Assembly: GCA_963735595.1 (NCBI GenBank)
Contig: CAVTLK010000002.1
Span: 352,001-416,000, forward strand
Source of the DNA: an uncultured delta proteobacterium
GTDB lineage: Bacteria > Desulfobacterota > Zymogenia > Zymogenales > Zymogenaceae
Length of the DNA stretch: 64,000 bases
Direction: 5' to 3'
Numbering within the stretch: the stretch's first letter is position 1; every line of letters starts with the position of its first letter. Shown here in pieces: positions 1 to 8,935 of this stretch. The notes under the pieces were generated by a model that saw only the letters and a program-made list of their open reading frames with translations, searched no databases and was not told the DNA's origin. Position numbers and translations under genes: made by a program.

Positions 1-1438
1 TGTTCATAATCTCGCCGTCCTGAGCCGGTTTAACGGGGATCGGCGAGTAGGAATTCAGGTATTCACAGAACGTCCCGATAACCTCTTCGGGCATATACTG
101 AACGATGAGGACTGCGGCCTTCAGGTCCTCGGGGAATCGAGGGAGTATTCTCAAGAGGACGCTGTAGCCGCCCAGCGCCGTTCCCATGGCAATTACGGAA
201 TCGGCATTCAGCCGTTTGCCCTCGGTCCTTGTATTTTTCCCTTTTTGCCTCAGGCGGATGTGCTGCACGCTGGAGATCGTGACATTCGCCGCCCTTTTGA
301 CCGTTTCGACGATGTTCTTCTTCTGGACCTCCAGGCTCAGATCCTGACGTGTAGAAGGCTTTGCGATGAAGTCAATGGCCCCGAAACGCAGCGAATCAAA
401 CGTGGCCGCGGCTCCTTCCTGCGTGTACGCTGAGAGCATGACCACCGGCGTGGGCTGCATGATCATGATGTGCTTAAGCGCCGTCAGGCCGTCCATCTCG
501 GGCATATTGACATCCATAGTCACCACGTCCGGCTTTAAGTGCGCCACTTTCTCAACGGCCTCCTTGCCGTCCTTTGCCTGGCCGACAACCTGTATCTGCT
601 CATCCTGGGAAAGAATATCGGTGATCCCTTTTGTAATGATTGCGGAGTCATCGACGACAAGAACACGGATAGCCGCGCTCTGCGTTTTGTCCGGGGCAGG
701 TTCAAAATCCGTCAAGATATCCTGTTCGAGCACGAAATCGCCCCGGTGGGATTCATCAATAGAGACCAGGGATTCTATGAGGAGCTGCTCCCATTTCTTT
801 ACAATGCTTCTCTTGGGAGCGGCTGTGTTTCTCTTGGTGGAAAACGAGCCGCTCTGCCAGGAAAGGATATCCTTGAGCGCCTGCTCCCCCTCGAGCGTAT
901 CGGTTTGCGCATGCACGATTTCCCCGTTCTCGAAGAAGACCGCCCCTTCTCTGTTGCTGTCATTTATATAGACAGCACTGCTGAGGCGGGATATACAGTT
1001 GATCTGGATTATGTCCGTGACCTGGATTCCTTCTATGGCGCCGTCAAAGCTTTTCTTTGGCAGAGAAAACGTATTTTGAATAAGGCTCACCAGATTCCTG
1101 ACTACGAACGGTTTTTCGATGTATCCGATGGATCCCATGCCTTGGACTTCCCTGGTGACGTCAGGGCTCGAGTGTGCAGTCATGACGATGACGCCGATAC
1201 CGGGATTTATTTGCCTGGCGGAAACGATAAGCTCAAATCCGTTCATTTCGGGCATATATATATCGGTTATCAAAAGGTCTATCAGAATATTATTAATGAT
1301 ATCAAGGGCCTGTGCGCCAGACGATGCCGTTAAGATCGAGGCCTCCTGGTAGGTGCGCTTAAGGTTCGTCTTGACGACATCCAGCAACGGTTGGTCGTCG
1401 TCGACCAGCAGGATCGTCCTTTTTTCATCTGCGAACAT
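1..1438 (-). CDS. REC-DUF4388(PatA_N)-REC-CheB methylesterase-like fusion protein, truncated at the window edge (absent from the ORF track)
   Basis: Hand translation from ATG 1438 is open to base 2: MFADEKRTILLVDDD..ITDIYMPEMNG..EKPF (receiver); DIIQINCISRLSSAVYIND..EGAVFFENGEIVHAQ..LEGEQAL..ILSWQSGSF (DUF4388-like); IRVLVVDDS..VTMDVNMPEMDG..DFIAKP (CheB receiver); VIAMGTALGG..IVQYMP (methylesterase-like). Confidence 0.85.
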   Translation of the reverse strand, partial: MFADEKRTILLVDDDQPLLDVVKTNLKRTYQEASILTASSGAQALDIINNILIDLLITDIYMPEMNGFELIVSARQINPGIGVIVMTAHSSPDVTREVQGMGSIGYIEKPFVVRNLVSLIQNTFSLPKKSFDGAIEGIQVTDIIQINCISRLSSAVYINDSNREGAVFFENGEIVHAQTDTLEGEQALKDILSWQSGSFSTKRNTAAPKRSIVKKWEQLLIESLVSIDESHRGDFVLEQDILTDFEPAPDKTQSAAIRVLVVDDSAIITKGITDILSQDEQIQVVGQAKDGKEAVEKVAHLKPDVVTMDVNMPEMDGLTALKHIMIMQPTPVVMLSAYTQEGAAATFDSLRFGAIDFIAKPSTRQDLSLEVQKKNIVETVKRAANVTISSVQHIRLRQKGKNTRTEGKRLNADSVIAMGTALGGYSVLLRILPRFPEDLKAAVLIVQYMPEEVIGTFCEYLNSYSPIPVKPAQDGEIMN

Positions 1439-1447
1439 ACACGGCTC

Positions 1448-2488
1448 CTACTGTTCCTTGAGCAGACCTGCGACAAAAGATGGCATGGCGTGATCGTCCA
1501 TGACGTGTTGTGCTATCCCCTGCCGTGATATCTCTTCGTTTGAATCGGGCAGAAAATAGCCGGATCGATCCTCCATGACTGTCACCCCTCCGCGATCATT
1601 GACGGCCGAAAACCCGGATACGCCGTCATGTCTTACTCCGGCGAATAATATACCAACGGTCCCGGCGCCGAAGGTCTCGGAGCCGGATATCATCATCGCG
1701 TCTATCGGGTTTCCGCCCGACGGCCCGAGCTCCATGAAGACGCTATTATTAGTATTGCGAGTGAACGTAAGATACCGATCGAGGGAATTGATATATACTG
1801 TAGCGGCCTCGATCTCAATGCCGTTTCTGGCGCTCTTCACGGCCAATGGGGCCACGGCGTCAAACTTTTCCACGAATGAGTCTATGATAACCGGAGAGAT
1901 ATCCTGCGTTACGATAATGGGAAAGGGGAGGTTTTTCGGAAGCCTGCAGATAAGGCGAATGATGCTGTTTGGACCTCCCAGCGACGTTCCGATGACAAGG
2001 ATCTTATTGTGCGTCCACGCGGGGGCGGCCGTGCGTCTACCGCCTTTTCTGTGAAGGATTCGGGCCCGCCTGATCATATTAATATCGGCGGTCGATGCGA
2101 TCTTGACCCTGTTGATAAGATCCTCCTTCTGCACCTCGATATCCCGCGAGATCGATCCCGACGGCTTAGGCAGGAAGTCCACCGCGCCGAGGCGAAGCGC
2201 CTCGAAGGTTATGTCACCCTGGTGGGTAAGGGCGCTCACGATGACGACCGGCGTTGGAACGTGGATCATTATATGTCTGAGTGCGCGGATCCCGTCCATC
2301 TCGGGCATATCGATATCGAGTGTTACTACATCCGGTCGCAACCTCTTTATCTCCCGTATGCCGTCGATTCCCGTCCTTCCGTATCCAACCACTTCGATCT
2401 GAGGATCAGTCTGGAGGATCTTCGTGATGGCTTTTCTCATGTACTCGGCGTCGTCAATGACGACCGCCCTGATTCGCTTTCCTTCCAT
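1448..2488 (-). CDS. cheB: CheB-like receiver plus methylesterase-domain protein (catalytic His replaced)
   Basis: VVIDD/TLDIDMP/DFLPKP receiver; IGTSLGG, QDI in place of QHM, AGVRHDG methylesterase motifs. Confidence 0.85.
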   Translation of the reverse strand: MEGKRIRAVVIDDAEYMRKAITKILQTDPQIEVVGYGRTGIDGIREIKRLRPDVVTLDIDMPEMDGIRALRHIMIHVPTPVVIVSALTHQGDITFEALRLGAVDFLPKPSGSISRDIEVQKEDLINRVKIASTADINMIRRARILHRKGGRRTAAPAWTHNKILVIGTSLGGPNSIIRLICRLPKNLPFPIIVTQDISPVIIDSFVEKFDAVAPLAVKSARNGIEIEAATVYINSLDRYLTFTRNTNNSVFMELGPSGGNPIDAMMISGSETFGAGTVGILFAGVRHDGVSGFSAVNDRGGVTVMEDRSGYFLPDSNEEISRQGIAQHVMDDHAMPSFVAGLLKEQ

Positions 2489-2888
2489 TCGGGCGGATAT
2501 CCTCGTTTTCGTTTAGAGTCTTGGCGATAAGCTCGGAGAGGCTTTCCATCAAAAACGGCTTTTGAAGGTAGCCAAAGAGGCCTTCCCGATCGAGAGACTT
2601 CTTAGCCCCTTTATCGAGATTATTGGAGAGAAGGACTATCTTCGCGGTCGGCTTTATCCTTCTTACCTCCAGAAAAAAGTTCACGCCACCCATACCCGGC
2701 AGCACTGAATCGGTAATAATAAGGGAGAATTCCTGTTTGCCAAGCAATTGAAGGGCGGTTTCGCCGCTGTTGGCCAGTTCGATATGTATTTCGGGGAAAA
2801 CCCCGACGATATTCCTTTTAAGGAACTGCGAGTATGTGTTTTCTTCATTGACAAGCAGAAGCGCCGCGCCCTTTTTTATTTTTGCCAT
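2454..2888 (-). CDS. Single-domain response regulator (receiver)
   Basis: LIITDSVLPGMGG, VLLS and QKPF receiver motifs; acidic pocket atypical (LVNEE). Confidence 0.8.
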   Translation of the reverse strand: MAKIKKGAALLLVNEENTYSQFLKRNIVGVFPEIHIELANSGETALQLLGKQEFSLIITDSVLPGMGGVNFFLEVRRIKPTAKIVLLSNNLDKGAKKSLDREGLFGYLQKPFLMESLSELIAKTLNENEDIRPNGRKANQGGRH

Positions 2889-2942
2889 AACCGGTTGCTC
2901 ACAAGGGTAAGAAGGCCATTGGTTTTACACAATGCATACATT

Positions 2943-2958
2943 AGCAAGTTACGTGCCA
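2943..2958 (-). promoter_or_regulatory. Sigma54 (-24/-12) promoter of the REC/cheB operon
   Basis: Minus strand reads TGGCAC-GTAAC-TTGCT, an exact match to TGGCAC-N5-TTGC(A/T), about 55 bp upstream of ATG 2888. Confidence 0.8.
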
Positions 2959-3383
2959 GTGTTAAAATATTTTGCAGTTAGCGGGGGCATACACGTGCCG
3001 GCATTGCTTAATGGTATCAATACGTTACCTTAGATCAACGATCCACCGGTGAATAAGAATAAAACTGTATAGTAATAGTGAAGATTATTTTGCGCCTGAC
3101 GGCGGGCGGTATTATTGGCTCCGACATTTATCTCGTAATAACAATATGTTAGAGACGGTTGCGAATGGTTTGTGTGATTGCGTATTATTTTGCGGTGATA
3201 AATATTTTGCACTCAATACCTTTTCCCGACGTCGTCCGGCCCTCATTGCCGGCCTATTCTACGTGGGATATGACAAAACCCTGTTTTGGGCAGCAGCCCG
3301 ATATTGATTGTCGTTCCGGTTGCCCCTTCTTGGGCAGGGTTGGATTTCTCCGGGACCATATACGATTTGTATGGGCAAGCTCA

Positions 3384-3411
3384 TTGATCGGGGGATTCTT
3401 TATGCTATAAT
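3384..3411 (+). promoter_or_regulatory. Sigma70-type promoter upstream of the epimerase stub
   Basis: TTGATC-16 bp-TATAAT with an extended TGn element. Confidence 0.55.
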
Positions 3412-3518
3412 CGCAAAGCGGTAAAGGGGGGGCTTTTATCGATATAGGTCGAGACTATCAAGCGGACCGTAATCCTAACGGCTAATCAACTGCGTCCGGA
3501 ATTTAGAAAGGAGTTCCC

Positions 3519-3656
3519 ATGAGAATACTAAACCTGGGGGCAGGTGGATTCATCGGATCTCATTTAACCCAACGGCTCCTGGATCGCGGCCATACCGTCA
3601 TCGGAGTCGATACCCATTCCGATAAACTGGCCGAATTTTTCGGCCACGATAAATAA
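3519..3656 (+). pseudogene. 5' stub (45 codons) of an NAD-dependent epimerase/dehydratase (ArnA/UXS-like)
   Basis: AAGGAG RBS, then MRILNLGAGGFIGSHLTQRLLDRGHTVIGVD (GxxGxxG Rossmann start), TAA at 3654; the convergent gene ends 12 bp later. Confidence 0.8.
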
Positions 3657-3667
3657 GGCCTGTTTCT

Positions 3668-5116
3668 TCACCACCACCGTGCTCTGAGGCGTAAAAAAGC
3701 CCGGTAGGCGGCTCTCAGCAGCAAATTCCTTATACTTACCTGACGTTCCGTCCAAACGGCCCATTCGTCGCTTTCGATAGAAAACGTATCAACTAAATCA
3801 TGAGGCCTTAGACCGTTGTCACCCAGCGTATTGAGAATACCGTGAAGCCTGCCCCCGGAGTGGAATTTCTCGTAGTGCGTACGGCCCGAAAGGCCGGCTT
3901 GTTCGAGATCGGCGGGGGTTAATGAAACGCAATAATTCAGCAGCTCGTCCGGCCATCGCCAGCTGAAAGCGCCGGGGCAGGCGAGGTCAATCCCGCTGTG
4001 GATTCGTGAAGAGATACGCCTATGCAGGGCCACCGGTATACCCGCCCCCATTGCCTCAATCAGCGTCAACGCTCCTCCGTACGGAAAAGAGGCAATATAC
4101 AGGTCAACCCGATGATGATGAAGGGCCTTCCAGACACTGGGCACCCAAGGCGAGTAGATGAATCGATCGGGCCGAATGCCGTAACGCTTCAGTCCGCGAC
4201 GAATCCTGAAAAGAGCCCATGGCGTCAATAACCCGATGTGAATATGCTTTCCCCCGGTGGCCTTTAAGAGGTTCGGAACTAAATCAAGATAGCTGATAAA
4301 ATAGGGAACCTCGATCTTATTTAACCGCGCCGCCGTGCAGGTGGTGAGCGTCCCTTCAGATAAAAACGGCGGATCAACGGGCCGTGCCCCCCTATCCTCG
4401 ACGGTAAACGGAACGTAGGTGTTCTCTATACCCAGCACGTTTCGACAGTTATGGTATACCACCGGGTGCGGGTCGATGTGCCTGAGGTGAGATAAATATA
4501 CCCCCAAACATAGATGATGATCTCCGTGATGATAGAAGCAGGCATCGAGTTTCATCTCGGGTTGTATGGCGGCAACGGCAACGCTGTCTTGATGATGGTT
4601 GAACAGGTATACTCTATTGGGGCGGATTCTTAACAGGCGTTCCTGCAGCCATGTCAGCCGCTGCCGGTAGCTTACCTTCGGTGCCCGCTCAAAGACGACA
4701 GAGGCCTGCCCGGCCAATCCCTTCATCACGTAGTTGACATCAGATCTTCCAGCCATCTCGGTCGACAGGATGATGTGCCGGCCGGCCGGTTGTGCCCCGA
4801 TGAAATCCTCGATAACGCGCGTGTGCCCCCCCGATTTTTGAAGCCGGGTGACAATGTAAACAAAGACCGGCCGATCCGAATGATCGTGTCCCGTGTCGTC
4901 AATCCCTTGCCTGATTTGTTCGAGGCTGGCTTTCCCGATACGTCGGCACAGGTCATCGAGCGACTTGGAGCCGAAAACCTGTGTGGTGCACAAAGGCTCG
5001 GTAATGATTTGCTCCACAATATCGTGGATTGACCGCAATGATTTATCAATCTCGCCCGCGTCAATCAGACGAGATACGTCTTGTCTGAAAGAGTACAGGC
5101 TTTTATATCTTCTCAT
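3668..5116 (-). CDS. GT-B fold glycosyltransferase-like protein (C-terminus resembles GT41/GT4)
   Basis: SGGHTRVI N-terminal motif; DLYIASFPYGGALTLIEAMGAGIPV nucleotide-sugar-binding motif. Confidence 0.6.
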   Translation of the reverse strand: MRRYKSLYSFRQDVSRLIDAGEIDKSLRSIHDIVEQIITEPLCTTQVFGSKSLDDLCRRIGKASLEQIRQGIDDTGHDHSDRPVFVYIVTRLQKSGGHTRVIEDFIGAQPAGRHIILSTEMAGRSDVNYVMKGLAGQASVVFERAPKVSYRQRLTWLQERLLRIRPNRVYLFNHHQDSVAVAAIQPEMKLDACFYHHGDHHLCLGVYLSHLRHIDPHPVVYHNCRNVLGIENTYVPFTVEDRGARPVDPPFLSEGTLTTCTAARLNKIEVPYFISYLDLVPNLLKATGGKHIHIGLLTPWALFRIRRGLKRYGIRPDRFIYSPWVPSVWKALHHHRVDLYIASFPYGGALTLIEAMGAGIPVALHRRISSRIHSGIDLACPGAFSWRWPDELLNYCVSLTPADLEQAGLSGRTHYEKFHSGGRLHGILNTLGDNGLRPHDLVDTFSIESDEWAVWTERQVSIRNLLLRAAYRAFLRLRARWW

Positions 5117-5128
5117 GTCTGCTAAGGG

Positions 5129-5779
5129 TCATGTTTGCTTTGTTTTAGTCAATTCCCTTGCCGGATTACCGGCCACCGTCGTTTCCGGCAATACGTCCCT
5201 GGTTACGACCGCACCCGCTCCAACGACACTTCCGGCGCCAATCGTTCGGGTCTTCATTACGGTCGCGCCCGCGCCTATAAGACATCCCCGTTTAAGCGTG
5301 GCGTGGCCGCCGATGACGGCGCCGGGGCCGATAAAGACGTAGTCCTCAATAGTCACATCATGGCTTATCACTGCGTGAAGCCGTGCCGCTATAAAATCGC
5401 CGATTTTAGCGTTGCTCCCGACTATGCAACCATCCGGAAATATACAGCCCCTGCCGATTTCTACGTAATTCATGTCGATAGACGGGTGAATTAAATCCGC
5501 GATTCTACAACCGTGAGAATCGAGCAGGTCAGCGACAAGCTTCGTTCTTGTCCAGTGCCCGTGCACGTTGTTATAAAAAAAGACGGTATCGTCTTGTGCC
5601 AAACCGGGGATTAATTCACGGGTGCCCAGGACCTGGTAGCCGAAAAAGGATTTACCCTGGAGGTCCTTTGTATCGTCAATAAAGCCTAAGAGATCCCAGG
5701 TGGGGGAAGGTCTGTTGATTGCGTCGATCAACTTGATCAAATCAACGTACGCGGCTCCATAGATGATCAGCTTCTTCAT
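5129..5779 (-). CDS. NeuD/PglD-family hexapeptide-repeat sugar N/O-acyltransferase
   Basis: KLIIYGA..GFIDD N-domain, IHPS, ISHD, hexapeptide repeats, VAGNPAR. Confidence 0.85.
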   Translation of the reverse strand: MKKLIIYGAAYVDLIKLIDAINRPSPTWDLLGFIDDTKDLQGKSFFGYQVLGTRELIPGLAQDDTVFFYNNVHGHWTRTKLVADLLDSHGCRIADLIHPSIDMNYVEIGRGCIFPDGCIVGSNAKIGDFIAARLHAVISHDVTIEDYVFIGPGAVIGGHATLKRGCLIGAGATVMKTRTIGAGSVVGAGAVVTRDVLPETTVAGNPARELTKTKQT

Positions 5780-5882
5780 TGGACATCCTGTCTATACACG
5801 AGTATCCGGTACCGTTTCGACAATTCGCGGCATATCGGGGCGGAAACTGTTCCGGCGTGAAATATCACCGTCGGCCGCTTTT

Positions 5883-6749
5883 CTATTTCCTCACACCGTA
5901 GCGGCCACTATTTCCCGGCTCCAGAAGCAAGATATCGCGGAGCTCCCGCGCCGTCATGAGTTCACGTCCATTCGCTTCGCGTAATACGTGTATCCTCTTT
6001 ATTAGATCTATATTACGGGCAAGCGTGGTTCGTTCCTGGTCAAACCAGACGTTGTCTTCCAGCCCGACCCGTACGCCTCCGCCAATCGCAATGGCAACGG
6101 AGTTCATCTTAAGCTGGTAATCCCCAATCGCGCCAACACTCCAGAGAGATTCCGGAGGGAGATCGTTGATCATGACCCCCAGGTGAAGCAAATCGGGCTG
6201 GGCACAGGCGATGTTTCCCATAATAAGATTAAAATAGAAAGGGGGATCAAGAAACCCTTTCTTATGGAGGTACTTGGCATAATTAATCATGCCGGCATCG
6301 AACGCCTCCAGTTCGGGCCGTATTCCGCGCTCCAGCATCCGTTGCGCCAGGTTCTGTATGACTTCCGGCTCGTTGATACTCGATCTTTTATTAAAATTAA
6401 GTGAGCTCAACGTGAGGCTTCCCATATCAGGCTTGAGGCGACCGTCCAACTCGAGCGGGGTCGCGCGTAATTCGAATTCCGGAGTATTGCGTCCGCTCAG
6501 GGATACGCACACTATCAATTCGGGAGCAAACGACCGTATCCACTCAATTATCTCCGCGAAAACTTCCTTTGTATGGATTGATTCACCTGTCAAAGGGTCC
6601 CGGGTATGCAGATGCAGCATTGTTATACCTTCATCCCAGGCGGCATGAACTTCTTCAACGATTTCGGATACGCTCAGCGGAACGTAGGGGGTCATTTCCT
6701 TTGTTGGAATCATTCCTGTCGGAGCGAAGTTTATGATTAGTTTATTCAA
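5883..6749 (-). CDS. Beta-keto acid cleavage enzyme (BKACE/DUF849, Kce family)
   Basis: IINFAPTG..VPLS..EI, HLH metal ligands, PDMGSL, PELEAFD, VRVGLEDN. Confidence 0.9.
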   Translation of the reverse strand: MNKLIINFAPTGMIPTKEMTPYVPLSVSEIVEEVHAAWDEGITMLHLHTRDPLTGESIHTKEVFAEIIEWIRSFAPELIVCVSLSGRNTPEFELRATPLELDGRLKPDMGSLTLSSLNFNKRSSINEPEVIQNLAQRMLERGIRPELEAFDAGMINYAKYLHKKGFLDPPFYFNLIMGNIACAQPDLLHLGVMINDLPPESLWSVGAIGDYQLKMNSVAIAIGGGVRVGLEDNVWFDQERTTLARNIDLIKRIHVLREANGRELMTARELRDILLLEPGNSGRYGVRK

Positions 6750-6872
6750 TCTTCACGTCCTAAATACGTCTTCACGTTATTCATACGTAATTCTTTGCCT
6801 GCTGTAGGACCCAGGGGAAAACTGAAATCGTTCCCTATACATACGGCGAAACGATGATTGGTCAGTTCCTTC

Positions 6873-7823
6873 TCAATTAGTCAAATCCAATTCGTAGAAT
6901 TCGTATGCAACTCCTCCCCCACCAAACTTAGTCTTAAAGCGGTAGAGACCGTCGTTTAAAACCGTGTCCCCTTTTTCATTGCTGGTCCCCAAGTCGAAAT
7001 ACCGCGCGCCGTTCTCTTTTGCCTCCTCTATCGCCGATTCTAAAACGGCGAGGAGCGCCCGTACCTGATAACCGTGTTCGCTCGATGCTATATATTGCGT
7101 GTGCCAAGCCTGCGGGGAATTGAAAAGCACGATGCCTGCCTCCACTTTTCCATCCAGGAGAGCGCAGCGAATACGGATTTCGTCCGGCAATAGTTTTTGC
7201 AGCACCGCAATCTCTTCACGAGAATGCGTTGGCTTGGCACCATACTTACGCTCAAGATTATCTTCGAGCACCGTCCACAATTCACCGAGCAGAGAAATAT
7301 CATTGGAGATTGTAACGATTTTCTGCGCCTTGCGCAATCCTCTACATAACCGTTCGGTCGTCTGGCGACGGTTTTCAAGATCGATCGAGGAAGACAGGTA
7401 GGTATGAGTTTTACGTGCGCCCAGTCCGGCCAGGGCGTAAATATCATCCTGGGCGGGAACGAGCATATAAATATGCGGCACCGCCTTATACAGCAGGGTA
7501 TGAAAACCCCGGCTCGAGTAATGAGAGCGCAGGGCCGATAGCGCCTCGATCATTCGCGTCCCTCTCAGCCGTCCGTGATGCACGATACCGCCATACGTCG
7601 CGCCGGGATGGCTGACGACGAGTTTCTGATCATCCATTGCAATCGCCGCGGGAAACACCCCGACGATACGCGCTGCCTCCAGGAGGAGTGACGATGCATC
7701 GGTGAAGCGGCCGCGGTGATAATTGAGAAAGCGCCGCGAATGCAAAAAAGTACCGTTGACGGCGCCCGCGCACCACGCATCCCACTTTTCCTCATGTTCG
7801 GCGGAGAAGTCGACGACTCTCAC
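6873..7823 (-). CDS. FemAB-like double-GNAT acyl/aminoacyl-transferase
   Basis: WDAWCAGAVNGTFLHSRRFLNYH, SHPGATYGG, YFDLGTS..GLYRFKTKFGG typical of Fem-like GNATs in sugar clusters. Confidence 0.75.
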   Translation of the reverse strand: MRVVDFSAEHEEKWDAWCAGAVNGTFLHSRRFLNYHRGRFTDASSLLLEAARIVGVFPAAIAMDDQKLVVSHPGATYGGIVHHGRLRGTRMIEALSALRSHYSSRGFHTLLYKAVPHIYMLVPAQDDIYALAGLGARKTHTYLSSSIDLENRRQTTERLCRGLRKAQKIVTISNDISLLGELWTVLEDNLERKYGAKPTHSREEIAVLQKLLPDEIRIRCALLDGKVEAGIVLFNSPQAWHTQYIASSEHGYQVRALLAVLESAIEEAKENGARYFDLGTSNEKGDTVLNDGLYRFKTKFGGGGVAYEFYELDLTN

Positions 7824-8935
7824 GGCCTACCTTCTATAGATCGCCGGAAGCGAAATATCGCGTCAGCAACGTACTCGATTTCCGATGCCTCCAGCGCCGG
7901 CGATATCGGAAGACTCAACACTTCCTCCGCGAACATCTCCGCAATGGGCAATTCGTATTCCCGGAAGTCCCTATAGCAGGCCTGGCGATGCGGAGGGACC
8001 GGATAGTGAATGCCGGTCGAAATCCCCTGTTGTTCCAGGTACTCTCTTAATGCATCGCGCCGTTTGCTGCGGATGACGTAAAGGTGCCACACGGGATCGG
8101 CGTGGTCCGGAACGAAAGGCAAGACGACGTCCGCGCCCGCCAACAGACTCGAATACTGAGCCGCGATTTCTCCGCGGCGTGTGTTCCATTCGTTCAGCAC
8201 AACCAGTTCTACCCGAAGGAATGCCGCCTGCATTTCGTCAAGCCTGCTGTTGTAACCGGCAAGGTCATGCCGGTACTTTACTTCAGAACCGTAGTTGCGG
8301 AGGAGCCTGACCTCTGCGGCGACCGCATCATCGTTCGTAAGCACGGCGCCGCCGTCCCCGAGCGCCCCCAGATTCTTGCTGGGGTAGAAGCTCGTGGCGG
8401 CCGCATGTCCCAGTGACCCTGCGCGGCGTCCTTTGTAGCGTGCGCCCTGGGCCTGAGCGGCATCTTCAATCACGATCAGGCCGCGCGCGGCTGCAAGCGC
8501 GTTGACGGGGTCCATGTCAGCTGCCTGGCCGTAGAGGTGTACGGGAATAATCGCCCGTGTTCGGCCGGTGACGGCGTCGCCGATAAGCGCCGGGTCAATG
8601 TTATGCGTGTCCACATTCGGTTCAACGGGAATCGGGGTTGCCCCGCACTCCGTAACGGCCAGCCAGGTAGCGATGCAGGTGTTCGAGGGTACAATTACCT
8701 CATCGCCGGGTCCGATCCGATAGGCGCGTAACAGAAGATGAAGCGCTTCGAGCCCGTTGCCGACGCCGATACAATGCTTTACTTCGCAATACCGGGCAAA
8801 TTCGGCCTCGAAGGCCCCCAGCTCGGGGCCCATGATGAAGCAGCCGGAATCCATGACCCGGCGGTAGGCGGCATCGAGATGCTCACGAATGGACCGATGA
8901 AGTCGGCCGAGATCAAGGAACGGAACCGGGTTCAT
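7820..8935 (-). CDS. fdtB: DegT/DnrJ-family aminotransferase, FdtB/QdtB-like
   Basis: VPFLDL, GNGLEAL, EDAAQAQGA, SFYPSKNLG (PLP lysine), NSRLDE; directly follows the fdtA-like gene. Confidence 0.8.
   Translation of the reverse strand: MNPVPFLDLGRLHRSIREHLDAAYRRVMDSGCFIMGPELGAFEAEFARYCEVKHCIGVGNGLEALHLLLRAYRIGPGDEVIVPSNTCIATWLAVTECGATPIPVEPNVDTHNIDPALIGDAVTGRTRAIIPVHLYGQAADMDPVNALAAARGLIVIEDAAQAQGARYKGRRAGSLGHAAATSFYPSKNLGALGDGGAVLTNDDAVAAEVRLLRNYGSEVKYRHDLAGYNSRLDEMQAAFLRVELVVLNEWNTRRGEIAAQYSSLLAGADVVLPFVPDHADPVWHLYVIRSKRRDALREYLEQQGISTGIHYPVPPHRQACYRDFREYELPIAEMFAEEVLSLPISPALEASEIEYVADAIFRFRRSIEGRP

Noticed and set aside
366..1333. Plus-strand ORFs of 201 and 264 aa
   Set aside because: Antisense shadows of the minus-strand REC-DUF4388-REC-CheB gene.
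5883..6749. Assigning kce (lysine fermentation)
   Set aside because: It lacks the amine-binding Glu motif and no kamA/kdd/kal genes are present.
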